Shown piece by piece: positions 30,141 through 40,793 of a stretch of 64,000 nucleotides of DNA. The DNA comes from Bacteroidales bacterium (lineage in GTDB: Bacteria; Bacteroidota; Bacteroidia; Bacteroidales; UBA7960): contig PUKZ01000097.1 of NCBI GenBank assembly GCA_003550725.1, forward strand, positions 5,884-69,883, read 5' to 3'. Position 1 is the first letter of the stretch. Each line of letters begins with the position of its first letter. The notes beneath the pieces were generated by a model, which ran no database searches, was not told the DNA's origin, and saw only the letters and a program-made list of their open reading frames with translations. Position numbers and translations under genes: made by a program.

Positions 30141-32147
30141 ATGAACCGATACATCATAGGCATAAATACTGGTGGCACCTATACTGATGGGGTATTACTG
30201 GATTATGTTTCCAGGAAGGTTGTTTCTGCTGCTAAATCGGTTACAACGAGGCAGGATCTGAAAATTGGTGTTATAAAGGTTCTTAAAAAGCTGAATATTA
30301 AAAATAATTTCAATATAAAACTTGTGGGAATTTCCAGTACATTGGCAACAAATACTGTAGCCGAGGGCAAGGCCCGGAAAGTAGGGCTTTTGCTTATTGG
30401 TTATGATAAAGAATTGATTGAAAAATATGATTTATCAAGTAAAATCCCTGCCGAAATCACAGGATATTTTAAGGGAGGTCATAATGCTCAGGGTGCAAAG
30501 CTTGCAGCCCTGGATAAGAAGGGTGTAAAAAAGTGGGTAATTGAAAATCAGGACAATATAGATGCTATTGCTGTATCGGGTTATTTTAGCCCATTAAATC
30601 CTGAGCATGAAGAGGCTGCTTTTAAAATTATTAAAGAAAACTCTTCTTTACCTGTAGTGATGGCGCATCAGTTGTCAACAAAGCTTGATTCGATTAAAAG
30701 GGCTTCAACAGCCTCCATTAATGCATCTTTGGTAGCAGTAATGCAGGATTTCATTCAAGCCGTGAGCTTCTCATTGTCAGAGTTGAATGTTAAAGCGCCC
30801 CTGATGATTGTGCGTGGTGATGGAACATTAATGCCCTCTTCAGAGGCTGAAAGTAAACCTGTTGAAACAGTATTATCAGGCCCTGCTGCAAGTGCTATTG
30901 GCGGAAGATTTCTTTCCGGTAACGGAAATGTTCTTGTTGTAGATATAGGAAGTACTACTACCGATATGGCATTGGTAAATAATTCAAGGGTAGTGGTCAC
31001 AGAAGATGGTGCCAGGGTGGGAAAGTGTGAAACTGCTGTTGAAGCTGCAAAAATTAGAACTATTAGCCTGGGATGTGACAGCAGGATTCATTATAACGAA
31101 AAAAATGAACTGAAGCTTGGACCTGACAGGGTAAGGCCATTATCACATATTGCATTACATCACGACAATGTGTTGAACGATTTTCATAAGATGCAAAAAT
31201 CAACCACCCTGGGGCGAGATCCTAACGATATTGAGTATTGGTATATGCATGACCCCCTCGATGAAAATACTTATGAGTCTTTAACCGATAAGCAGAAAAA
31301 AGTTATTGATCTTATTCAAAAACCTAAAAGGCTTTCCGGGCTGTTAAAGAGAGTAGGGGTGTATCATGTCGGGCATCTAAATTTAGATGATCTGATAAGC
31401 CAGGGAAAAATTGAATGTGCTGCTCTTACCCCGACAGATTTATTACATGTCGAACGAAGCTTAAACCTTTGGGACAGGGAAGTAGCAAAAATTGCCCTCG
31501 ATTATTATTGCAGAATATATGGCAAAACACCAAGAAATTTTATTGATGAGGTATTTAGTAAAATTATTAATATTTTGGTAGAAGAGATAATTATTTTTCT
31601 TGCATGTCAAAATATTGATCCCAAGGAAATGCCTGTTTCGGTTGATGGTGAATGGGGTAAGTGGATGTTGCAGCAAATATTGCATAGCGATAATCACTTT
31701 TTATCAATTGATGCAGATAGCCGTTACCCTGTTGTTGGAGCCGGATCACCGGCTAAACATTTTCTTAAAAGAGCAGCAAGGATTGTGAATGCAAAATTTA
31801 TTTTACCCGAATTTTTTGACGTGGCTAACGCCGTGGGAGCTGTATCAGGCTCAATTTCAGAAATCAGAGAGGCTATCGTATTTGTCCGCGACAGTAAAGG
31901 GCAATATTCATATATAGCCAAGCATGAAGGCCGAATCAAAGCTTTTAAAGAGTATGAGGATTGTTGTGAATATGCTGAACAAACAGCTAGAAAACTTGCA
32001 AGAGAGGCTGCAATTAAATCGGGAGCTACTGATTGTTTTGTTGAAGTTGAAAGAAGGGTGGAAGGATCACTTTTAAGATTTATTGCTCGAGCTATTGGTA
32101 ATCCAAAATTATCAGAAAGAGATAAAAATGATAAAGTTAAGATTTAA
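30141..32147 (+). CDS. Hydantoinase A/oxoprolinase-family ASKHA ATPase-like protein
   Basis: GINTGGTYTD, STLATN..AEG, NPEHE, LSGPAAS, VDIGSTTTD, LTPTD, VANAVGA. Confidence 0.85.
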   Translation: MNRYIIGINTGGTYTDGVLLDYVSRKVVSAAKSVTTRQDLKIGVIKVLKKLNIKNNFNIKLVGISSTLATNTVAEGKARKVGLLLIGYDKELIEKYDLSSKIPAEITGYFKGGHNAQGAKLAALDKKGVKKWVIENQDNIDAIAVSGYFSPLNPEHEEAAFKIIKENSSLPVVMAHQLSTKLDSIKRASTASINASLVAVMQDFIQAVSFSLSELNVKAPLMIVRGDGTLMPSSEAESKPVETVLSGPAASAIGGRFLSGNGNVLVVDIGSTTTDMALVNNSRVVVTEDGARVGKCETAVEAAKIRTISLGCDSRIHYNEKNELKLGPDRVRPLSHIALHHDNVLNDFHKMQKSTTLGRDPNDIEYWYMHDPLDENTYESLTDKQKKVIDLIQKPKRLSGLLKRVGVYHVGHLNLDDLISQGKIECAALTPTDLLHVERSLNLWDREVAKIALDYYCRIYGKTPRNFIDEVFSKIINILVEEIIIFLACQNIDPKEMPVSVDGEWGKWMLQQILHSDNHFLSIDADSRYPVVGAGSPAKHFLKRAARIVNAKFILPEFFDVANAVGAVSGSISEIREAIVFVRDSKGQYSYIAKHEGRIKAFKEYEDCCEYAEQTARKLAREAAIKSGATDCFVEVERRVEGSLLRFIARAIGNPKLSERDKNDKVKI

Positions 32148-32222
32148 AAAATAAAACCGAATTAATATTTTTTTACAGACTCTTTTGTAAAAGAGCCTAA
32201 TATATATTTGCGTTAATAAATA

Positions 32223-32885
32223 ATGAATACAATAATTGCTTGTGAAAGTATAAAGCCTGAACTTGAACATGTTAAAGGTAATACAAAGGATGTGAAAATA
32301 AAATATCTTTCACAAAATTATCATCGTAACCCCGGAAAGCTAAAAAAAGCTCTCCAGGCTGCTATTGATAAAATAAAACCCGGTGATGGCAAACTGATCC
32401 TTGGGTTCGGTTTATGTTCTAATGCTGTTGTTGATATAAAGGCTCCTACACAGGGATTATATGTTCCATGTGTTCATGATTGTATTACCTTATACCTGGG
32501 AAGTCGTGATAAATACAAGCAATTATTTATGAAGTATCCGGGTACTTATTATTTAACAAAGAGCTGGATAGGTAATAAAAAAGATCCACTCGGAACCATG
32601 AGAAATGAATACACAAAAAGGGTTGGCAGGAAGATGGCTGAAGAAACTATGCAGCGGGAGATCAAAAATTATAAATATATAAGCTTTATCAATACTGCGG
32701 GAAAAGATGAAAAGAAATGTTTGCAAAGAGCTAAAGAAAATGCTCTCTATTTCAATAAAGAATTTATAGAATATAAAGCTAATGATGATTATTTTAGGAA
32801 AATAGTGTTTGGACCTCATAAAGAGCCGGATTTTATTTATATTAAACCCAACGAAAAAATTACACAAAAAGAATTTTTTAAATAG
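32223..32885 (+). CDS. DUF1638 domain protein
   Basis: IIACE, H..P..L...LQ, LGFGLCS, HDCI...LGS, GTYYLT..W pattern; typical neighbour of corrinoid methyltransferase genes. Confidence 0.8.
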   Translation: MNTIIACESIKPELEHVKGNTKDVKIKYLSQNYHRNPGKLKKALQAAIDKIKPGDGKLILGFGLCSNAVVDIKAPTQGLYVPCVHDCITLYLGSRDKYKQLFMKYPGTYYLTKSWIGNKKDPLGTMRNEYTKRVGRKMAEETMQREIKNYKYISFINTAGKDEKKCLQRAKENALYFNKEFIEYKANDDYFRKIVFGPHKEPDFIYIKPNEKITQKEFFK

Positions 32886-32897
32886 GAGGAATAAATT

Positions 32898-33698
32898 ATG
32901 CAAATTGTTGGTGAATTGATTAACGCCAGTAGAAAAAAAGTTAGGGAAGACATTAAGGAAAAGAACAAAGAAAAGATTGCTGACCTTGCAAAAGAGCAAC
33001 ACGAAGCCGGAGCCGATTTTATAGATGTTAATGCCGGAACCTTTGTTGGCAAAGAAGAAGAATATGTAAAATGGTTGGTGCAAACAGTGCAGGAAAAAGT
33101 TGATACACCCTGCTGTATTGACTCACCCGATCCTAAAGTTGTTGAAGAAGCGGTGAAAGTACACAAAGGTGTACCTATGGTAAACTCCATATCACTCGAA
33201 TCAGATCGTTATAACAACCTGATACCTGTTATCAGAGGCACTGACATGAAAATTATCGCTCTTTGCATGAGCGATGAAGGTATGCCATATACTAAAGATG
33301 ATAGAATGAAAATTGCCGATAAGCTTGTTAATGGATTGTTAAGCAATAATATAGATATTAAAAATATATATGTCGATCCATTAGTACAACCTATAGGTTC
33401 GGGAGATAACCTTGGTATGGAATTTTTGAATTCAATTGAAGCCATACATAAAGAATTTGAAGGTATAAATACTATATGTGGTCTTTCCAATATATCTTTC
33501 GGAATACCGAAAAGAAAATTTGCCAATCAAACTTTCATGATAATGGCAATTACTAAAGGTTTAAATTCTGCAATATTAAACCCACTCGATAAAAAGATGA
33601 TGGCTAATATTGTTGCAGCAGAAATGCTTGCCGGAAAAGACCAGTTTTGCGGTAAATATATGGATGCATATAGAAATGGGTTGTTTGAAGTAGAATAA
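32898..33698 (+). CDS. Methyltetrahydrofolate:corrinoid methyltransferase (MtgA/AcsE-like pterin-binding barrel)
   Basis: IVGELIN, IDVNAG, IDS, VNSIS, YVDP, GLSNISFG. Confidence 0.92.
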   Translation: MQIVGELINASRKKVREDIKEKNKEKIADLAKEQHEAGADFIDVNAGTFVGKEEEYVKWLVQTVQEKVDTPCCIDSPDPKVVEEAVKVHKGVPMVNSISLESDRYNNLIPVIRGTDMKIIALCMSDEGMPYTKDDRMKIADKLVNGLLSNNIDIKNIYVDPLVQPIGSGDNLGMEFLNSIEAIHKEFEGINTICGLSNISFGIPKRKFANQTFMIMAITKGLNSAILNPLDKKMMANIVAAEMLAGKDQFCGKYMDAYRNGLFEVE

Positions 33699-33829
33699 AA
33701 CAGAGAAAATTATTTTGCGAAATAAAGTTAAATAAATTAGTCAACCAATATTTTTTAAGCCTATTAATGTATTGGCTTATAGTGATAAGTTGAGTTTTTT
33801 ATTAATGTAAATATTTAAGAGGAGGTTTT

Positions 33830-34663
33830 ATGAGCAAAAAATATTCAAATGATATAGAAGTTGCAAGGAATTATTATAACAGTTCTGATGCCCACACTTT
33901 TTATTATATGATATGGGGAGGGGAAGACCTTCATCTGGGCATTTATAATTCGGAAGATGAAGACATATACCGGGCTAGCCGCAGAGCTGTTGATCGTATA
34001 GCTTCTTATTTTGAAAAAATTGATCAAAACACAAAAATTATCGATTTTGGTGGTGGATTTGCTGGTTCAGCCAGGCATCTTGCAAAAAAATATGGTTGTC
34101 ATGTTACTGTAATTAACCTAAGCGAAACCGAAAACAAACGTGGCCGGAAAATGAATGAAGAACAAGGCCTTAGCCATTTAATTGATATTATTGATGGTAG
34201 TTATGATGATGTGCCTTTTGAAGATGAAACTTTTGATATTGTATTCTCCGAAGATGCTATACTACACAGTAATAATAAAGAAAAAGTTATTAGTGAAGCC
34301 TATCGGCTACTTAAACCTAATGGAGATTTTGTTTTTTCCGACCCAATGCAAACCGATAATTGCGACGAAAAGGTTTTAAAACCCATTTATGAAAGAATAA
34401 ACCTTTCATCATTGGGATCACCTGCATTTTATAAGGAAAAATGCAAACAGGCCGGGTTTAAAGAAATCAATTTTGAAGAGTTGGATAAACATTTGGCAAT
34501 TCATTATTCACGAATTCTTGCGGAAACAGAGAAAAAGCAGAAAGAACTTGAAAAATATGTTTCAAAAGAATATATAGAGAATATGAAAAAAGGATTGAGA
34601 CACTGGATAAAAGGAGGTGAAGAAAATAATTTGACCTGGGGGATTTTTCATTTTAAAAAATAG
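33830..34663 (+). CDS. Sarcosine/dimethylglycine N-methyltransferase (SDMT, SAM-dependent; glycine betaine synthesis)
   Basis: ARNYYNS.DA..FY..IWGGEDLHLGIY N-terminus, SAM motif IDFGGGFAG, SEDAILHS, FSDPMQ, MKKGL.HW..GG....LTWGIF C-terminus characteristic of halophile SDMTs. Confidence 0.88.
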   Translation: MSKKYSNDIEVARNYYNSSDAHTFYYMIWGGEDLHLGIYNSEDEDIYRASRRAVDRIASYFEKIDQNTKIIDFGGGFAGSARHLAKKYGCHVTVINLSETENKRGRKMNEEQGLSHLIDIIDGSYDDVPFEDETFDIVFSEDAILHSNNKEKVISEAYRLLKPNGDFVFSDPMQTDNCDEKVLKPIYERINLSSLGSPAFYKEKCKQAGFKEINFEELDKHLAIHYSRILAETEKKQKELEKYVSKEYIENMKKGLRHWIKGGEENNLTWGIFHFKK

Positions 34664-34842
34664 CAGTTAATTTTTTATATGGATGTTTTTCAAAATGGTT
34701 TATTTGGAAGTTTTGAAAATTTGTTTTTAATTGTCTGTTTTTGATATTAAGTTTTTTTTATCAGTATATAATATATCGAGATTAACTTTAAAAATTATAA
34801 ATAACTATTTATTAAAATAATAACATAAAATTATATAATATC

Positions 34843-36267
34843 ATGAATAATTTAGAAAAGATTGATGAGAATATTAATTATCGGGTAAAAGATATTAATC
34901 TTGCCGAGTTAGGCCGAAATGACATACGTTTGGCCGAACATGAGATGCCCGGATTGGTTGAATTAAGAAAGAGGTATGGTAAGGAGCAGCCGTTAAAGGG
35001 AGCTCGAATAATGGGGTCATTGCATATGACTACCCAAACTGCTGTGCTTATTGAAACATTGACGGCTCTTGGTGCTGATGTTCGTTGGGCAAGTTGTAAT
35101 ATTTTTTCAACACAAGATGAAGCAGCAGCAGCAATTGCCAAAACCGGTGTTCCTGTTTTTGCATGGAAGGGGGAAACTCTTGATGAATACTGGTGGTGTA
35201 CTGCACAGGCTTTAACTTTTCCCGGTGGTAAAGGACCCGATTTGATTGTTGATGATGGTGGAGATGCTACTTTGATGGTCCTACTTGGTCATCAGGCTGA
35301 AAAAGATCCTTCAATTCTTGAAAAAAACGCCGAAGCATGGGATGAAATAGCATTGCTAAAAAGACTAAAGTCTCTGCAACAACAGGATAAAGATAAGTGG
35401 CACAGGATGGTAGAAGACATTCAGGGTGTATCGGAAGAAACAACTACCGGTGTGCACAGGCTTTATCAAAGAGAAAAGGAAGGAACTCTTCCATTTCCCG
35501 CTATTAATGTTAATGACTCTGTTACGAAATCAAAGTTTGATAATAACTATGGAAACAGGGAGTCGTTGATTGACGGTATAAAAAGAGCTACTGATGTGAT
35601 GATAGCAGGAAAAACAGCTGTAGTATGTGGTTATGGCGGTGTTGGCAAAGGATGTGCACAAGGTTTAGCCGGTTTTGGAGCTAAAGTTATCATTACAGAA
35701 GTAGATCCTATATGTGCTCTGCAAGCCGCTATGGAAGGATATGAAGTGAGAACCGTAGAAGAAATTCTCGATAGAGGCGATATTTACGTTACAGCTACAG
35801 GTAATAAAGATGTTATTACTGTGGATCATATGAGTAAAATGAAAGATAAAGCCATAGTGTGCAATATCGTGCATTTTGATAATGAGATACAACTTGAAAA
35901 ACTTGAAGAAAGAAAAGACGTCAAAAAAATAAATATTAAACCACAGGTTGACGAATATGTATTTCCGGATGGACATTCAATAATAATGCTTGCAGAAGGA
36001 AGATTAGTGAACCTGGGTTGTGCTACAGGACATTCTTCATTTGTGATGAGTAATTCATTTGCAAACCAGGTGCTTGCACAAATAGATCTTTGGAAAACCG
36101 ACCGTAAACCCGGTGTTTACATGTTGCCAAAAAAACTTGATGAAGAAGTTGCCCTGGCTCACTTGAAACATCTTAATATTAGTCTTTCCAAAATGACTAA
36201 AGAACAAGCCGATTACCTGGGTGTGCCTGTAGATGGACCGTATAAAACTGAACATTACAGGTATTAA
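34843..36267 (+). CDS. ahcY: Adenosylhomocysteinase
   Basis: [64 protein letters not shown]-terminus. Confidence 0.97.
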   Translation: MNNLEKIDENINYRVKDINLAELGRNDIRLAEHEMPGLVELRKRYGKEQPLKGARIMGSLHMTTQTAVLIETLTALGADVRWASCNIFSTQDEAAAAIAKTGVPVFAWKGETLDEYWWCTAQALTFPGGKGPDLIVDDGGDATLMVLLGHQAEKDPSILEKNAEAWDEIALLKRLKSLQQQDKDKWHRMVEDIQGVSEETTTGVHRLYQREKEGTLPFPAINVNDSVTKSKFDNNYGNRESLIDGIKRATDVMIAGKTAVVCGYGGVGKGCAQGLAGFGAKVIITEVDPICALQAAMEGYEVRTVEEILDRGDIYVTATGNKDVITVDHMSKMKDKAIVCNIVHFDNEIQLEKLEERKDVKKINIKPQVDEYVFPDGHSIIMLAEGRLVNLGCATGHSSFVMSNSFANQVLAQIDLWKTDRKPGVYMLPKKLDEEVALAHLKHLNISLSKMTKEQADYLGVPVDGPYKTEHYRY

Positions 36268-36463
36268 AAATAATATTTTTTAATGCATGTTTGCTTATAA
36301 TATTTAAGTATTTGTTTTTAGATTTCAAATATTTGAAAGCTAAAATTGTTTTAGACCTTTTAAATATTGTCAAACCTTTCTTAAAACATTTATATTATTG
36401 GCAGACATTATAAAATAATAAACATAAGAAAATCATAAATTATAAATTATAAAATAATAAATT

Positions 36464-37735
36464 ATGCCTTATTTATTTACTTCAGAATCAGTATCGGAAG
36501 GACATCCCGATAAAATTGCTGATCAAATATCAGATGCTGTATTGGATGAATTGTTAAAGGATGATCCTGACGCTAAATGTGCAGCCGAAACTTTTGTAAC
36601 TACCGGACTTTGCCTGGTAGGAGGAGAAATTAGAACCACTACTTATGTGGAAGTGCAGGATCTTGCACGTGAAGTTATAAGAAGAATTGGTTATACCAAG
36701 CCTGATTATCGTTTTGATGCCGATTCCTGCGGTGTTCTTACAGCTATCCACGAACAATCTCCTGATATATTCAAAGGTGTGGATAGAGAAATACAGGAGG
36801 AGCAAGGAGCCGGCGACCAGGGAATGATGTTCGGCTTCGCTACAAACCAAACAGAAAACTATATGCCCTTGCCCCTGGATATCTCTCACCGCATATTAAA
36901 AGAACTGGCTTCAATACGAAAAGTTGGAGGTGATATGCCATATCTCAGACCCGACTCTAAAGCACAGGTTACTTTTAAATATGATGATGACGACACGCCA
37001 ATAGGTATTGATACAATAGTTGTTTCAACACAACATGATGATTTCATTAAGCCCACTGGAGTGGGAGAAAAAGCCCAGGATAAGGCCGACAGGGATATGC
37101 TTGGTAAAATTGAAACTGATGTTGAAAACATACTCATCCCCAGGGTAAAAGCAACTTATCCGGCTGAAATTCAAAAGTTTTTTGATGTAAAGTATAAGTT
37201 GTTTGTTAACCCTACAGGTAAATTCGTTGTTGGAGGTCCTCATGGTGATACCGGATTAACCGGAAGAAAAATTATCGTCGATACTTATGGTGGATTTGGC
37301 CGTCATGGTGGTGGTGCTTTTTCCGGAAAAGATGCATCAAAAGTTGACCGCTCAGCAGCCTATGCAGCAAGACATATTGCTAAAAATATGGTTGCAGCCG
37401 GCATAGCCGATGAAGTTGAAATACAGCTAGCCTACGCCATTGGAGTTGCTGACCCTGTAGGCTTATTCGTTTCTACTAAAAGACCAAAAGTAAAACTAAC
37501 AAACGAAGAAATAGCCGAAAAGATAAATAAATTGTTTGATCTTCGTCCAAGTGCTATTATAAAAAGATTTGGCTTAAAAAATCCAATTTTTCAGGAAACA
37601 GCTGCTTACGGACATATGGGCAGGAAACCGGGTAAAAAAGTTGTATATGTTAATGGTAATAAAAAAGAAGTAGAAACATTTACCTGGGAAAAGCTGGATT
37701 ATGTTGATAAAATAAAGCAAGAGTTTAATTTGTAA
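36464..37735 (+). CDS. metK: S-adenosylmethionine synthetase (Bacteroidota type)
   Basis: [55 protein letters not shown]. Confidence 0.98.
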   Translation: MPYLFTSESVSEGHPDKIADQISDAVLDELLKDDPDAKCAAETFVTTGLCLVGGEIRTTTYVEVQDLAREVIRRIGYTKPDYRFDADSCGVLTAIHEQSPDIFKGVDREIQEEQGAGDQGMMFGFATNQTENYMPLPLDISHRILKELASIRKVGGDMPYLRPDSKAQVTFKYDDDDTPIGIDTIVVSTQHDDFIKPTGVGEKAQDKADRDMLGKIETDVENILIPRVKATYPAEIQKFFDVKYKLFVNPTGKFVVGGPHGDTGLTGRKIIVDTYGGFGRHGGGAFSGKDASKVDRSAAYAARHIAKNMVAAGIADEVEIQLAYAIGVADPVGLFVSTKRPKVKLTNEEIAEKINKLFDLRPSAIIKRFGLKNPIFQETAAYGHMGRKPGKKVVYVNGNKKEVETFTWEKLDYVDKIKQEFNL

Positions 37736-37740
37736 ATTAA

Positions 37741-37787
37741 TAACGGGTGAATTACTAACGGGTAACGAGTTTACACGTTACCCGTTA
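37741..37787 (+). repeat. Perfect 12-bp stem-loop with a duplicated arm between metK and adenosine kinase
   Basis: taacgggtaacg (37756-37767) / cgttacccgtta (37776-37787); extra taacgggt copy at 37741. Confidence 0.7.
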
Positions 37788-37808
37788 TCCCAAAATAATT
37801 ATTAATAT

Positions 37809-38777
37809 ATGGATAAAGTATTAGGTATAGGTAATGCACTTATTGATACTATGGTGCGTCTTGATAATGATGATTTTCTCAAAGAGGTAAATCTGCCAAA
37901 GGGAAGTATGCAATTGGTTGATAGCGACGAGAGTAAAAAAATTGCAAAAAAGTGTGAAGGTTTTAAAAAATCAAAATCAAGCGGAGGTTCTGCCGCTAAT
38001 ACGATTCATGGGCTTGCCAGGCTTGGTGTTAGTGTAGGGTATATTGGTAAAGTTGGAAAAGATGAACTGGGTGATTTTTTCATTAATGATCTTAAAAAAA
38101 GCCGGATAAGGCCTAATATATTATATGGAAATAGTAATAGCGGCCATGCTTTGGCTCTTATATCACCTGACTCCGAAAGGACTTTTGCTACTCATTTAGG
38201 TGCAGCCCTTGAACTAAGCGCTGATGATCTTAAAAATGAATTTTTTGAAGATTACGATTTTTTGCATATAGAAGGGTATCTTCTTCAAAATCATAGCCTT
38301 ATGCAAAAAGCCCTTGAAATGGCCAAAAATAATGGCCTGAAAATATCACTTGACCTTGCCAGCTTTAACGTTGTTGAAGATAATCTTGATGTATTAACTG
38401 AATGGGTTGAAAATTATGTTGATATATTATTTGCTAATGAAGAAGAAGCAAAGGCTTTTACAGGTAAAGAACCTGAAGAAGCACTTCATGAATTAGCTGA
38501 AAAATCTGAAATAGCTGTTGTAAAAATAGGTAAGCATGGTTCATTGATAAAAAAAGGTGAAGATGTATTTAAAATAGAACCTATAAAAGTGAATGCTACA
38601 GACACAACCGGTGCAGGCGATGCATATGCAGCCGGCTTCCTGTTTGGGCTGGTAAAAGGCTATAACCTTGAAAAATGTGGTGAAATTGCTTCCATATTGG
38701 CAGGAAAGGTTATTGAAGGTACGGGAGCCAAGATGAATGAAGAAAAGTGGAAAGAGGTTTATGAGATTATTGGTTGA
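37809..38777 (+). CDS. Adenosine kinase (PfkB family)
   Basis: GIGNALID, PKGSMQL, GGSAANT, ERTF.T.LGA, FANEEEA, DTTGAGD; follows ahcY-metK. Confidence 0.82.
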   Translation: MDKVLGIGNALIDTMVRLDNDDFLKEVNLPKGSMQLVDSDESKKIAKKCEGFKKSKSSGGSAANTIHGLARLGVSVGYIGKVGKDELGDFFINDLKKSRIRPNILYGNSNSGHALALISPDSERTFATHLGAALELSADDLKNEFFEDYDFLHIEGYLLQNHSLMQKALEMAKNNGLKISLDLASFNVVEDNLDVLTEWVENYVDILFANEEEAKAFTGKEPEEALHELAEKSEIAVVKIGKHGSLIKKGEDVFKIEPIKVNATDTTGAGDAYAAGFLFGLVKGYNLEKCGEIASILAGKVIEGTGAKMNEEKWKEVYEIIG

Positions 38778-38868
38778 GTCTAAATTGAATTAGTCAAGTT
38801 CAAACATATAAGGCGGAGAATATTTAATTAATTTTAGTGATTGGAAAAATTGTAATTAGTTAAAGTAA

Positions 38869-39681
38869 ATGAACTTTCGTATATACTTAGCTTTTTTCTT
38901 ATTATTTATTACAACTTCCGGTTATACCACCAAAAATATCAATGTTGTATCCCTGTCTCCATCACTTACCAAAATGATATATTTGCTTGAAAGCCAGGAT
39001 AATCTTGTGGGTTGTACTGAGTTTTGCGATATACCCGAAGAGGATGAAAAAAATATCGTGGCTTCACAAATGAATGTTAACGTAGAAAAAATCCTTTCCA
39101 TTTCACCCGATTTAGTTATTACAACTAAATTAACCTCTGCCCGGTATATTGAGACCTTAAAGAAAACCGGTGTAAATACCAGAGTTTTAGGTACTCCCGA
39201 ATCTTTTGTAGAACTGTGTGACCAATTTATTAAAATAGGCAAGCTTATCGGGAAAGAAGATTTAGCCGTTTCTATAATAGAACAGCAAAAATCCAGACTG
39301 GCAAGGCTGCAACAAAAAATTCCGGATAACGATAATCCTGAGATATTTATGCAGCTTGGTGTTAAGCCTTTGTTTACTGTTATTCCGGGTACTTTTATGA
39401 ATGATTATATAAATCTTTCTGGTGGAGTTAATATTGCCTCCGACTTGACAAAGGGTACAATAACCCGTGAAACGGTTTTAACCAGAGACCCTGATGTTAT
39501 AATTATAGTCTTGATGGGCATGGTTGGTGAAGAAGAAAAACAAAACTGGAAAAGTTATTCCGGCCTTAGAGCTGCTGAAAAAGATAAAATATTCATGATC
39601 GATGAGGATAAAGCCTGTAGCCCAACACCTGTGACTTTCGTTGATACTGTGGAGGAGATAATTGACCTTATGTATAATTAG
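38869..39681 (+). CDS. ABC transporter substrate-binding protein, BtuF/cobalamin-siderophore class
   Basis: Signal peptide, VVSLSPS.T, LVGCTEFCD, NVEKIL...PDLV, PDVII. Confidence 0.8.
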   Translation: MNFRIYLAFFLLFITTSGYTTKNINVVSLSPSLTKMIYLLESQDNLVGCTEFCDIPEEDEKNIVASQMNVNVEKILSISPDLVITTKLTSARYIETLKKTGVNTRVLGTPESFVELCDQFIKIGKLIGKEDLAVSIIEQQKSRLARLQQKIPDNDNPEIFMQLGVKPLFTVIPGTFMNDYINLSGGVNIASDLTKGTITRETVLTRDPDVIIIVLMGMVGEEEKQNWKSYSGLRAAEKDKIFMIDEDKACSPTPVTFVDTVEEIIDLMYN

Positions 39682-39776
39682 TGAAAAGTTATGAGATTAT
39701 TCTATAATTTCGTAAATAATTTTATACCACAGAATTTCAAAGAGATTTTATAAAACAATAAAACCGGCCAAAAGGG

Positions 39777-40790
39777 ATGCACAAAAAATTTATAAGGTGG
39801 ATTACTTTTATTTCAACTCTAATATTGCTTTTAATTATTACCTTTTTGGTTGGTTTATCAACCGGTGAAATTGATATTTCCATTTTTGAAATCCCGAAAA
39901 TACTTATTGGTAAAGAAGGTATAGAATACACAATAATAAGCCAGATAAGGTTGCCGAGATTATTGTTGGGAATTGCAGTAGGCGGTGGGTTAAGTTTGTC
40001 AGGCGCAATTTTGCAGGGCATATACCGAAATCCTTTGGTAGAGCCTTATACACTCGGAATTTCAGGTGGTGCTGCTTTTGGTGTTGCAATAGCTATTGTT
40101 TTTGCCCTTCCTCTGGCGTTTGGTTCATTTATCTTACCTGTTGCAGGATTTTTAGGGGCTTTTATAACTATTTTTTTAGTATATTTTTTGGGATTAAGGC
40201 AGGGGGAGATTAATGTAAATAATATGTTGCTTATCGGTGTTATGATAAGCTTTGTATCATCGGCGGCAATGATGCTGTTAATGGCAGTTACAACTTCCGA
40301 AAACCTCCATAGCATAATTTTTTGGATGATGGGGTCTCTGGATGAACCTAAAATGTCTTTAATAGCATTAACATTAACAATATCTGTAATAACGTTTATT
40401 TTATCCTTGTTTTTTTCAAGACCATTAAATGCTTTGCGAATAGGAGAAACAAATGCAAAACATTTGGGTATTAATACTGTCGCTTCTATACGCATTCTGT
40501 TTATCATAGCCTCGCTTTTAGCAGGTGCATGTGTTGCTGCTGCCGGTGTTATAGGGTTTGTAGGATTGGTAATCCCGCACCTTATAAGAATAATTGCGGG
40601 GTCTGACTACAGAATACTTCTGCCCGGATCATTTTTGGGAGGTGGAATATTTTTGATAATATGCGATACAATTGCCCGAACGATTATTTCGCCCAATGAA
40701 CTGCCTATTGGTGTGATTACCGGAATTGCCGGGGGAATAATGTTTATTGTCATACTCAGCAGGTCAAAATCAAATTTTAAAATGAGCTAA
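39777..40790 (+). CDS. ABC transporter permease, BtuC/FecCD family
   Basis: RLPR, GAILQ...RNPLVEPY.LGISGGA, W.MGSL, IGFVGL..PH, ELPIG. Confidence 0.9.
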   Translation: MHKKFIRWITFISTLILLLIITFLVGLSTGEIDISIFEIPKILIGKEGIEYTIISQIRLPRLLLGIAVGGGLSLSGAILQGIYRNPLVEPYTLGISGGAAFGVAIAIVFALPLAFGSFILPVAGFLGAFITIFLVYFLGLRQGEINVNNMLLIGVMISFVSSAAMMLLMAVTTSENLHSIIFWMMGSLDEPKMSLIALTLTISVITFILSLFFSRPLNALRIGETNAKHLGINTVASIRILFIIASLLAGACVAAAGVIGFVGLVIPHLIRIIAGSDYRILLPGSFLGGGIFLIICDTIARTIISPNELPIGVITGIAGGIMFIVILSRSKSNFKMS

Positions 40791-40793
40791 ACT

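Noticed and set aside
32553-33526. Antisense and alternate-frame ORFs overlapping well-supported genes (here and throughout the ORF track)
   Set aside because: Shadow ORFs of real genes, with no motifs of their own.
38778-38868. Cobalamin riboswitch before the BtuFCD-like genes
   Set aside because: The gap is only 91 bp and has no B12-box.
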